A stretch of 64,000 bases of DNA from Clostridia bacterium. Its GTDB lineage: Bacteria > Bacillota > Clostridia > Oscillospirales > CAG-382. The stretch is taken from positions 9,248 to 73,247 of the forward strand of contig JAFTIR010000017.1 in assembly GCA_017456765.1 (NCBI GenBank), read 5' to 3'. The notes beneath the pieces are model-generated. The model was not told the DNA's origin. It saw only the letters and a list, made by a program, of their open reading frames with translations, and searched no databases. The position numbers and the translations under genes were made by a program. Below, in pieces: positions 39,348-47,805 of this stretch (the stretch's first letter is position 1; every line of letters begins with the position of its first letter).

Positions 39348-40559
39348 TTATCTCTTTTTACCAACATTCTTGAGTGCAGCCCAAAGATTACCGGACAGGC
39401 AAATGGAGGAGTACACACCGGCAAGAATACCCACAATAAGGGGAAGTGCAAAGTTCTTGATGGAAGTAACACCAAGGATATAAATCATTCCTATTGTGAG
39501 GAGTGTTGTGATTGTTGTATTGAGTGAACGCCAGATTGTGGACTTGATACCACTGTTAACTGCGTCCTCAAATGTGTAGTTGGAAGAAAGATTTCTTCTG
39601 TTTTCTCTGATTCTGTCAAAGATAACGATTGTTGCGTTGATAGAATAACCGAGAATTGTAAGAATTGCGGCGATGATTGTTGAGCTTACGGGAATCTGGA
39701 AAATGGAGTAAGCAAAAAGCATGATAACAACGTCGTGCGCAAGACAAATGATTGCCGCAAATGCCGCTCTGCCTTCAAATCTGATTGCGATATACACAAG
39801 CATGAGGAGAATAGCAACTGCTGTTGCAGTAACAGCTGTCTGCTTGAGAGAATCACTGACCTCTGCACTTACTGTGCTGGAGCTTGTCATTCTTGTCTTT
39901 TCCGCAGAAGTTTCAGCAATAGGATAAAGTTCATTTACCGCCTTTTCGATACGGCTTCTGAGAAGACTTACTTCGCTGTTTGCAGTATATGTGATTTCGT
40001 AGTTACCGTCAGCATTTTTTACAATGTCGGAAACTGTGAGAGCAAGTGTGCCGTCACCGAGAACTGCCGCAATATCGGACGAGGGATCAAATTCCTCTTT
40101 TGTCTCAGTTTCTGTCTCGCTTGCGTTTTCTGTCTCTGTTTCTGTTTCGGTTTCTTCAGAAACAGGAGCAGGAATTGTATATACTACCTTTTCGGCACTT
40201 GCAGAAACACGCTTTGCATCAGCAAATTTTTCTACAATCTTTGCATCAATACTCTTATTGAGTTCTTCGTAATCTGTTTCTGTATCAACAAGTGTTGTTC
40301 TTACAACAACCTCATTACCGTTGACAACTCGTGTGGAAGAAAAGCTGTCAGTGCCAATGATTGCCACTGTTGCATCTTCAATCTTCTTTTCGTCTTGACC
40401 TGTAGCCTTATTATCAAGCTTGAATGTGAACTCAGTACCGCCCACAAATTCGATGTCCCAGTTAAAGCCGCGCACTGCAAATGTAATAATTGCAGCAACC
40501 ACGAGAACGAGGGAAATCACAAAGAATACTTTTTTATTTTTTACAAAACTAAATTTCAT
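39348..40559 (-). CDS. secF: Protein translocase subunit SecF with an enlarged periplasmic domain
   Basis: C-terminal SecD/SecF TM bundle (YSINATIVIFDRIREN). It lies downstream of secD. It has about 100 extra residues, including an ETETETETENASETETETKEE tract. Confidence 0.9.
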   Translation of the reverse strand: MKFSFVKNKKVFFVISLVLVVAAIITFAVRGFNWDIEFVGGTEFTFKLDNKATGQDEKKIEDATVAIIGTDSFSSTRVVNGNEVVVRTTLVDTETDYEELNKSIDAKIVEKFADAKRVSASAEKVVYTIPAPVSEETETETETENASETETETKEEFDPSSDIAAVLGDGTLALTVSDIVKNADGNYEITYTANSEVSLLRSRIEKAVNELYPIAETSAEKTRMTSSSTVSAEVSDSLKQTAVTATAVAILLMLVYIAIRFEGRAAFAAIICLAHDVVIMLFAYSIFQIPVSSTIIAAILTILGYSINATIVIFDRIRENRRNLSSNYTFEDAVNSGIKSTIWRSLNTTITTLLTIGMIYILGVTSIKNFALPLIVGILAGVYSSICLSGNLWAALKNVGKKR

Positions 40560-40576
40560 TTCTCTGTACCTCCCTA

Positions 40577-41863
40577 TTAGTCAACCTTGCGGTTTCTCTT
40601 TGCGCCCATTATCCAGGCACCCACACCCATATTTGCAAGGGTTGTAAGGAATACTCTTGTTATAACGAGTGCCGTGAACATGGAAATGAGAGTACCGACA
40701 AGAAGTGTAATACCGAAGCCGTAAACTGCGCCCGTACCCATGGCTACGAGAACAACTGCCGCAATAATTGTTGTGATATTGGAGTCAACAATTGCGCTTG
40801 TTGCGCCCTTGAAGCCGTTCTTTACTGCGTTTCTTACGGTTTTTCCGACATTAAGTTCTTCCTTGATTCTTTCGTAAATAATTACGTTTGCATCAACCGC
40901 CATACCGATTGTAAGGATGATACCTGCAATACCGGGAAGAGAAAGATTAACCTTAAAGAATACTACAAAAATTGCAAAAATTGCAATGTAACCCACGAGT
41001 GTAATTGCTGATACAAAGCCGGGGAGTCTGTAGATAAGAATCATAAAGATCATTACAAGAAGAATACCGATTAAGCCTGCTTTAAGGCTTGAAGAAAGTG
41101 CATCGGAACCGAGTGTTGCACCTACAACACGGTTTTCTTCTTCGGTAAGCTCAACAGGAAGGTTACCCGAGCCGATAAGACCTGCAAGCTCTACTGCTTC
41201 TTCCTGTGTAAAGGAACCGGAGATTGTACATGAATTGCTGTTGATTTTTGTTTCAACACTTGCGTGGGAAATATTTATACCGTCAAGCTCAATATCAATG
41301 TAGTTTGTTTCGTCGGCTTTACGCTTGGCAGCCGCTTCTGTAGCTGCAGCAAAGAGAACTCTGCCTTCATCCGTAAATTCGAGACTTACATAATGCTCAC
41401 TGTTAAGGCTGTTTGATACAGGACCGTAGTTTGCAGCTGCCTTCTTAACCTTATCACCCTCAAAGAGAACATTGCCGTCAGCATCCTTGAATTCGAGCTT
41501 TGCTGTAGATCCGAGCATTTCGGATGCGGAATTAGAATCGCTGATACCGGGAATTTCAACTCTTATCTGGTCGTCTCCCACTCTTGCAATTGTTGCTTCT
41601 GAGTAGCTGATAGAGTCAAGTCTTTTACGAAAGATTGTTTCAACCTTTGTAAGAGCCTCATTCATATCAAAGTTTTCATTTGTTTCATCAGGCTGTGCCT
41701 TAAATGTTATGGATGAACCGCCGACAAGGTCAAGACCTTTATTGATTGCATCTTCGTCCATAACGCTTTTCAGACCTATCGAGCTTACGCCGCAAAGTGC
41801 AACAGTTACGCAAAGAACTATGCACAAAAGCACAAGCACGAAAGAACATACGCTGTTTTTCAT
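40577..41863 (-). CDS. secD: Protein translocase subunit SecD
   Basis: LGLDLxGG-like motif (KGLDLVGGSS) and the TM bundle motif MAVDANVIIYERIKEE. The ATG at 41863 with an AAAGGAAG RBS is preferred. Confidence 0.92.
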   Translation of the reverse strand: MKNSVCSFVLVLLCIVLCVTVALCGVSSIGLKSVMDEDAINKGLDLVGGSSITFKAQPDETNENFDMNEALTKVETIFRKRLDSISYSEATIARVGDDQIRVEIPGISDSNSASEMLGSTAKLEFKDADGNVLFEGDKVKKAAANYGPVSNSLNSEHYVSLEFTDEGRVLFAAATEAAAKRKADETNYIDIELDGINISHASVETKINSNSCTISGSFTQEEAVELAGLIGSGNLPVELTEEENRVVGATLGSDALSSSLKAGLIGILLVMIFMILIYRLPGFVSAITLVGYIAIFAIFVVFFKVNLSLPGIAGIILTIGMAVDANVIIYERIKEELNVGKTVRNAVKNGFKGATSAIVDSNITTIIAAVVLVAMGTGAVYGFGITLLVGTLISMFTALVITRVFLTTLANMGVGAWIMGAKRNRKVD

Positions 41864-41909
41864 GGAGTTACTTCCTTTCTTTTTTCGCAAAAATGCGCTT
41901 ATAGCATAC

Positions 41910-41938
41910 ATTATACATTTATTAAATTTATAAGTCAA
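41910..41938 (-). promoter_or_regulatory. Sigma-A-type promoter for secDF
   Basis: On the minus strand: TTGACT, 17 nt, TATAAT. Confidence 0.55.
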
Positions 41939-41978
41939 CACTTTTTTGGAAATTATTGCTTTTTTTACAATTCATTGA

Positions 41979-44150
41979 TTATTTAAAATCAAAGGAGGAG
42001 GTTATAAAGTCGGCAGGCTGTCTTGTGCCCGTCCTATCCCTCGTGCTTCCCGTAAAATCGAACACAGCCTTTCCCTCGACGAGCTTCAGCACGCCGTCAA
42101 AGGCTTTGCCGTGCTTTGAAACGAATCCCACGATTTTCGAGGTCTGTCCCCTCTCAAGAAGCAGTTTTACATTTGAAACCGAAATATTTCTACCGCAGAT
42201 ATTAAGGCTTACGCCGAATTCGCACCCTTCTTTATAGCCTCTGCAGCCGTATTTATATCTTCCTCTGACAACATCCTTGCCGCAGAGAGGACACAAGCCA
42301 ACAACATCTCCGAAGGAGCCTGTATAGTCATCCGTTTCGGGAGGCATTTGTTTCTTTTCAAACACGGCTCTTATTTCATCCTCTGCAAGCGTTACGCTGT
42401 CACGCACCTCAATTTCTCCGCGATACACCTTTTTGAGTGCCTTACCGAGCTCGCTTGTCTTATACTTATCCATACTTATATTCATTCTCGACAGGGATTC
42501 GATAAGAAAAATGCCGTCAGGGAGGATTGTGTATACATCTTTTTTGAGAAGTATATATTTACTTTTGCAAGCGTTTTCAATAATTCCCGTTCTTGTTGCC
42601 TCTGTGCCAAGCTCGAGTCCCTCAAAAATTGCCTTGTAGTCCTCTGCATCGTCCCTGTTTTCTTCGTCATTTGCCGCCGCTTTTTCTTCTTTAAAGGGAT
42701 TTTTGAGGTAGTTGTTGAGTGTTTCGATTGTATAGTGCTTTGGCGGAGTTGTTTCCTTTTCGACGGGTTCAAAGTTTATGTTTACTTTATCTCCCTTTTC
42801 GAGCTTTGGCAGAATCTTATCCTTTGCGGAATAGGTGTCGTACTGCGTCCAGCCCTTCTGCACAATAACCGCACCCTTGAGATTGAACTCTTCAAGCTCA
42901 CCCAAATTTATCTTGATTTCGGTCTTTTCGGCAAGGCAGGGTTCTGCACAGAAGACCGCACAGAACCTATGCACAACCGTCGAATACACCTGCATCTGTT
43001 TTTCGGTGAGGGAATCTTTGGGCGGCACTTTATAGGTAGGTGTCAGAGCCGAATGGGATTCGATTTTGCTGTCATCAAACACAGTCTTATCATCACGGAA
43101 CTTAAGATTATATCCCATTTTCGCAAAGTTTGCCACAATTTTTGAAATCTTATCCTTTTCGGCACTGGCAAGATACTCGGAGTTTGTTCTGGGATATGTA
43201 AGATAGCCCATTTCGTACAGCTTCTGTACAATTTCAAGGCTCTCGGTCATATTCATTTTATATTTTTTACTGAGTACATTCTGGAGCTTTGAAAGAGAAT
43301 ACAGCTTGCCGGGGGCAATGGTATCCTTTTTGCGTTTAACACCTGTAACAACAGCTGTTTCGGCATTATACTTTTCACACACAGCCTTGGCTTTATCAAG
43401 CTCATCCTTGGAGAATTTCAGCTTTGAGTTAAGCTCAATTTCCTCTCCGTTTGTAACCGCGGTGCTTTTAAGTCCGTAATATATCTCAGGCACAAAGTTT
43501 TCAATCTGCTTGTCCCTGTCGTATATTGCCTTGACAATGGGAACGATTACACGACCCACCCTCAGAAGAAGTCCCGTTCTTATTGTTGCGTATCTTGTGA
43601 GATTCACGCCATACAGCCAATCGATGTATGTTCTGGCGAGGCCCTCGTTGGCAAGGTTATCATACTCTGTCTCATCCTGCATATCCGAGAGGGCTTGTCT
43701 TATGGTTTCAGCCGTCTGGTCGGGAAGCCACAGGCGTTTGAGGCTCTTTTCGGACTTAAGTGCATTCTCAATACAAAGTCTAACTATTATTTCTCCCTCT
43801 CTGTCGGCGTCCCCCGCGTTTACGATTGTATCGACATCGGGGCGGTTACAAAGGGCTTCGATAAGCTCAAACTGGCGTTTTACTCCCTCATCCGGTTCTT
43901 TGTTATCGGATTTGCGAAGTGCAAAATCAAATCTTTTCGGAAAACACGGAAGATTTGAAAGAGTCCACTTATTACTGCCGTCGGGACTCGGGTTATAATG
44001 CTCTATATCCTCGAGGGAAAAGAGGTGTCCGAATGCCCATGTGACAATGTACTCATCGTTCTCAAGATACCCCGAACGTTTATTCATTTGTCCGATAGCG
44101 TCGGCTATGTTTCTGCCGAGGCTTGGCTTTTCTGCTATGATTAACTTCAT
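41979..44150 (-). CDS. topB: DNA topoisomerase III with C-terminal zinc-ribbon repeats
   Basis: Toprim N-terminus MKLIIAEKPS, the active-site region YLTYPRT(N)S, and C-terminal CPLCG...C..Y..GC motifs. 723 aa. Confidence 0.9.
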   Translation of the reverse strand: MKLIIAEKPSLGRNIADAIGQMNKRSGYLENDEYIVTWAFGHLFSLEDIEHYNPSPDGSNKWTLSNLPCFPKRFDFALRKSDNKEPDEGVKRQFELIEALCNRPDVDTIVNAGDADREGEIIVRLCIENALKSEKSLKRLWLPDQTAETIRQALSDMQDETEYDNLANEGLARTYIDWLYGVNLTRYATIRTGLLLRVGRVIVPIVKAIYDRDKQIENFVPEIYYGLKSTAVTNGEEIELNSKLKFSKDELDKAKAVCEKYNAETAVVTGVKRKKDTIAPGKLYSLSKLQNVLSKKYKMNMTESLEIVQKLYEMGYLTYPRTNSEYLASAEKDKISKIVANFAKMGYNLKFRDDKTVFDDSKIESHSALTPTYKVPPKDSLTEKQMQVYSTVVHRFCAVFCAEPCLAEKTEIKINLGELEEFNLKGAVIVQKGWTQYDTYSAKDKILPKLEKGDKVNINFEPVEKETTPPKHYTIETLNNYLKNPFKEEKAAANDEENRDDAEDYKAIFEGLELGTEATRTGIIENACKSKYILLKKDVYTILPDGIFLIESLSRMNISMDKYKTSELGKALKKVYRGEIEVRDSVTLAEDEIRAVFEKKQMPPETDDYTGSFGDVVGLCPLCGKDVVRGRYKYGCRGYKEGCEFGVSLNICGRNISVSNVKLLLERGQTSKIVGFVSKHGKAFDGVLKLVEGKAVFDFTGSTRDRTGTRQPADFITSSFDFK

Positions 44151-44181
44151 TTAGTACCTCTGTAAAAATTCATTACCATAT

Positions 44182-44210
44182 ATTGTAGCACATTTATTGT
44201 GATTTGTAAA
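44182..44210 (-). promoter_or_regulatory. Sigma-A-type promoter for topB
   Basis: On the minus strand: TTTACA, 17 nt, TACAAT. The -35 element is 8 nt from the heptamer array. Confidence 0.45.
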
Positions 44211-44218
44211 GAGGGAAA

Positions 44219-44267
44219 GGGAATTAGGAATTAGGAATTAGGAATTAGGAATTGGGAATTGGGAATT
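44219..44267 (+). repeat. Heptamer tandem array (RGGAATT)x7 with no family B core
   Basis: GGGAATT, AGGAATT x4, GGGAATT x2, preceded by a degenerate AGGGAAA unit. Confidence 0.9.
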
Positions 44268-44314
44268 AGAAGTACAAGTCGAGGCGGATAAAGTGTGAGA
44301 TGCATTGTTTAGAG

Positions 44315-44752
44315 ATCCCGCACTCTGCGAAGTGCGTTTTCCGTCACTTTTGTCGCAGCAAAAGTGACCAAAACTGCCCACTCATGTGTCGGGACTTTTA
44401 GATGTCCCGACACGAGCCGTGGAGGCTCTTTTTTATACTCAACACAGAATTTGAGAAAAGTTTTAGATGTGTTCTCACTACTCCACGTGTATTTGCCTGC
44501 CTTTGGCAGGCTATAGCCTCGCAAAGCGAGGCAAACCACATCTATTAGTGGAAAGAGAAAAAAATCTTTAAAAAAATTTCTCCGAAGATAAAAGAGCCTT
44601 CGCGGCTCGGGCAAAATCTTGAAAAATTTTGCCCATGAGCGACACCTTTTGGTTACTTTTCGGTGACGAAAAGTGACAGAAAACGCGGCTCTCGGAGCGG
44701 AGAACTTTTGGTTCTTTTGTTTCGGGACAAAAGAACAGAAAACCCGCCTCTT
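44315..44752 (+). repeat. Family A element, copy A3 (full length, with an extra H1 module at the right end)
   Basis: Left arm 44315-44430: ATCCCGCACTCTGCGAAGTGCG-TTTTCC-GTCACTTTTG..CAAAAGTGAC...CCCACTCATG-TGTCGGGAC..GTCCCGACA-CGAGCCGTGGAGGCTC. Centre 44492-44536: TTTGCCTGCCTTTGGCAGGCTATAGCCTCGCAAAGCGAGGCAAAC. Right arm 44594-44752 is the mirror image. Confidence 0.85.
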
Positions 44753-44830
44753 CCATATATTGATTGATGACAAATGCAAGTATTTGATGTAAAATATACA
44801 CAGATATTCTGAAATTAACGGAGAAGAATC

Positions 44831-45364
44831 ATGCACATAATAAAAATAAGTCCCGTGAGCTTCAAAATCGTCCTTTCAAAGGAGGACCTTGTACGTCACG
44901 GGGTTGATAACATATTGAATCACGCCGACATTTCGGGGGATTTTTTTGAAGAAATAATATACGAAACAAACAGGCTTTACGGCAATCCCTTCAACGAGGG
45001 AGCAATAGATGCCGAGTTCTTTGAATCAAAGGACGGAGGAGGAGAGCTTTTTCTCTACAGCAGTAAAAAAGCAGGTAAAAAAACTACATATCTTTTCAGA
45101 ACAAACAGTTCTGATTCCCTCGTTTCTCTTTGCCTCAGGCTGTCGGGGCATCACATTCCAAGCGACAGCAGACTCTTTTATGACGACGGAAAATACAATC
45201 TTCTTCTTTTCTATCCTAAAAGAGATGACTTACTCCTTTCCTGCATGAAGGAGTACGGAACGACTTTCGAAGTCAGCCGTCTTCAGCGCTGGCTTCTCGA
45301 AGAGCACGCAAAGGTAATTCTGGACAAAGGTGCCGTTGAACAAATCTCAAAAATTTTCAATTAA
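44831..45364 (+). CDS. mecA: MecA-like adaptor protein (short clostridial form)
   Basis: N-terminus MHIIKISPVSFKIVLSKEDLVRHGVD resembles the MecA N-terminal domain pattern (I..I....I.....DL...G). 177 aa. GGAG RBS. The assignment is tentative. Confidence 0.5.
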   Translation: MHIIKISPVSFKIVLSKEDLVRHGVDNILNHADISGDFFEEIIYETNRLYGNPFNEGAIDAEFFESKDGGGELFLYSSKKAGKKTTYLFRTNSSDSLVSLCLRLSGHHIPSDSRLFYDDGKYNLLLFYPKRDDLLLSCMKEYGTTFEVSRLQRWLLEEHAKVILDKGAVEQISKIFN

Positions 45365-45367
45365 CCG

Positions 45368-46225
45368 TTACGCTCCGAGAAAATCAAAGGAAATTCCGCT
45401 ATAGTAATATTTGAGGATTTCGGCAAAATCATAGCCTTGCTTTGCAAGTATATTTGCACCGTGCTGGCTCATGCCCACCCTGTGTCCGTAGACAACACTT
45501 GTAAGCTCTGCCTCACCCTCAGGCGAAGGTACGGAACGTAAATATTCCACCCTTCCGCCCCACACATCCTCGCTGTCAAGAGTATATGCTCCGCTTGAAG
45601 CATGGTAAACCGCTTCAATAGGCTCATCTTCATATACCATTATTATTCCCTTTGTGGCATTAACGGCACTTTTCAGCTTCTGAAGATTATCTTCGCTTAT
45701 CTCTTTATTTTCGGGCAGCATAAAGCTCTGACAGCAACCTGCATCGGTACAGACATCGGCATTTCTGTGCTTGCTTTTTCCTGAGCTCTGTCTTACTGCG
45801 AAGGTACGCACCGCAACACACTGAGCCATTATTGCCTGGGATTCAAAGCCAAGAGGCATTTCACCGAGAACACACGCAGTAACATATTCCTCAAGCTCCA
45901 TCTCTTCAACTCTGCCGTTTGTTTGCAAAACACGGATGTTCCTGCATTTTAATGCATTTTTTGCACTATTTCCCCCGACTTTTGCATTTTCGTAATTCAA
46001 ATTATTCATTTCGGCATACATTCCGACATCCCCGACAGCTTGTTCGGAAGATAAGCGCGGCAGAGTCATGAAAAGAGATGCCGGCTTTTTTTCACCGCCT
46101 GCCGCTGTGCTGTATTTATTAAACAGCGCCAGTATTGCAACCGTCAACGCACAAAGAAGCGCCAACAGCACAAAGAGCTTTTTGAGATTAACCGACAATT
46201 TTGTTTTTTGTAAATAATTTTGCAT
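45368..46225 (-). CDS. spoIID: SpoIID/LytB domain protein (stage II sporulation protein D-like)
   Basis: N-terminal TM anchor. Motifs CVAVRTFA, VYHASSGAYT and GMSQHGAN are typical of SpoIID lytic transglycosylases. Confidence 0.8.
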   Translation of the reverse strand: MQNYLQKTKLSVNLKKLFVLLALLCALTVAILALFNKYSTAAGGEKKPASLFMTLPRLSSEQAVGDVGMYAEMNNLNYENAKVGGNSAKNALKCRNIRVLQTNGRVEEMELEEYVTACVLGEMPLGFESQAIMAQCVAVRTFAVRQSSGKSKHRNADVCTDAGCCQSFMLPENKEISEDNLQKLKSAVNATKGIIMVYEDEPIEAVYHASSGAYTLDSEDVWGGRVEYLRSVPSPEGEAELTSVVYGHRVGMSQHGANILAKQGYDFAEILKYYYSGISFDFLGA

Positions 46226-46316
46226 AATTTCACTTTTCCTCTTGCATTTTTATTATATATGTGTTATAGTGTTATAAATTATTTTATTTTCCCCATGTTT
46301 GAAAGGACTAATTCTC

Positions 46317-47681
46317 ATGTTTACAGATCACTATCCCGAATCATTAAGAATGCTCACCGAAATGTGCAAGGAAAGCTACTCAATTCCCAAGAATGCTTTC
46401 CAAAATGCAAATGTAAAGCGCGGTCTTCGTAACTTTGACGGTTCGGGTATTGTTGCAGGTGTAACAAACATTTCAATGGTACACGGCTATGTTCTTTATG
46501 AAGGCGAAAAGATGCCCGACGAGGGACGTCTTCTCTACAGAGGCTACGATGTGCCAAAGCTCATTGACGGATACACAAATGACAACAGATACGGCTATGA
46601 GGAATGTGCATTCCTTTTGCTTTTCGGTTTTCTCCCGTCACAGGAACAGCTTGATGCTTTCAAGAGCTTAGTCAGCGAATGTTCATTCCTGCCCCAGAAT
46701 TTTACCGAAGACATCATTATGCGTGCGCCCAGCATGAATATAATGAACAAGATGCAGTCAAGTGTGCTTTCTTTATATACATATGACAAGAATCCGGAGG
46801 ATATGTCAATCGAGAATCAGCTTCGTCAGAGTATTCAGCTTATTGCGCGTCTTCCCATTATCGCGGCAAATGCTTATTCTGTAAAGAAGCACATTTTCGA
46901 GGACGACAGTCTTCTTATCCACAGACCCAAGGAAGGACTTGCAACGGCACAGAACTTCATGAGAATACTCGGTCAGGACGTCACCTTTGACGAGGACGAG
47001 GCAAGACTTCTCGACGTTTGTCTTGTACTTCACGCAGAACACGGCGGCGGTAACAACTCCACCTTCACCTGCCGTGCCGAAACAAGCTCGGGTACAGACA
47101 TCTACAGTGCAACAAGCGCCGCAATCGGAGCTCTCAAAGGCCCCAAGCACGGCGGTGCTAACATCAAGGTTGAGGAAATGTTCTCCGAAATCAAGGCAAA
47201 TGTAAAGGACTGGAAGGACGACGAGGAGGTTAACGCATATCTTGAAAAGATACTGCGCAAAGAAGCCGGCGACGGAAGCGGTCTTATCTACGGTATGGGA
47301 CACGCAATTTACACCAAGAGCGACCCAAGAGCCGTTGTCCTCAAGAAGCACGCCCAGGCACTCGCCGAAAAGAAGGGCTTCGGTGCGGAATTCGACCTTC
47401 TCAAGAAGATTGAAGAGTTGTCACCTGCGGCGTTCCTTAGCATCACGGGTCACGACAAGGCAATCTGTGCAAATGTCGATATGTATTCGGGTCTCATTTA
47501 CAGAATGCTCGGAATCCCTGCCGAGCTTTACACACCCCTCTTTGCATCGGCTCGAATTGCAGGCTGGTGTGCTCACAGAATCGAGGAAATGCTCACTGGC
47601 GGCAAAATTATGCGTCCCGCATACAAGACAATTTATAAGGTTAAGGAATATACACCTATTGATGACAGAAGCGACATATAA
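46317..47681 (+). CDS. Citrate synthase family protein
   Basis: Catalytic-region motifs LVLHAEHGGGNNSTF and GMGHAIY, about 454 aa. The ATG at 46317 lies 9 nt after GAAAGGA. Confidence 0.88.
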   Translation: MFTDHYPESLRMLTEMCKESYSIPKNAFQNANVKRGLRNFDGSGIVAGVTNISMVHGYVLYEGEKMPDEGRLLYRGYDVPKLIDGYTNDNRYGYEECAFLLLFGFLPSQEQLDAFKSLVSECSFLPQNFTEDIIMRAPSMNIMNKMQSSVLSLYTYDKNPEDMSIENQLRQSIQLIARLPIIAANAYSVKKHIFEDDSLLIHRPKEGLATAQNFMRILGQDVTFDEDEARLLDVCLVLHAEHGGGNNSTFTCRAETSSGTDIYSATSAAIGALKGPKHGGANIKVEEMFSEIKANVKDWKDDEEVNAYLEKILRKEAGDGSGLIYGMGHAIYTKSDPRAVVLKKHAQALAEKKGFGAEFDLLKKIEELSPAAFLSITGHDKAICANVDMYSGLIYRMLGIPAELYTPLFASARIAGWCAHRIEEMLTGGKIMRPAYKTIYKVKEYTPIDDRSDI

Positions 47682-47805
47682 GAAATGAAGGGCAGCGAAA
47701 TCTGTCATTCATTTTATTCTAACAAAGAACTCAACTTTTTTCGGTAATCTATTGATTTTATGATAAAATTATGCTATCCTGTAAAAATGAAAGGAGTTAA
47801 TATTT

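Noticed and set aside
44219-44267. The heptamer arrays here and at 29409, 35077 and 53969 as a possible CRISPR array.
   Set aside because: They are contiguous 7-bp units with no spacers, and no cas genes are present. They are microsatellite-type tandem repeats.
44309-44836. A 175-aa ORF on the minus strand, plus other ORFs at 5989-6324, 6336-6521, 6540-6734, 55737-55970, 55876-56106, 60256-60495, 60732-61199 and 63616-63807. All lie inside family A repeats.
   Set aside because: They have no RBS. Their reading frames are not conserved between repeat copies; only nucleotide blocks such as AFSVTF recur. They simply run through palindromic non-coding sequence, so they are artefacts of stop-poor repeats.
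45364-45368. A missing terminator between the convergent mecA-like and spoIID genes, whose stop codons are 3 nt apart.
   Set aside because: This was recorded only as an observation. Convergent genes with overlapping 3' ends are common, and no structure can be fitted in 3 nt.
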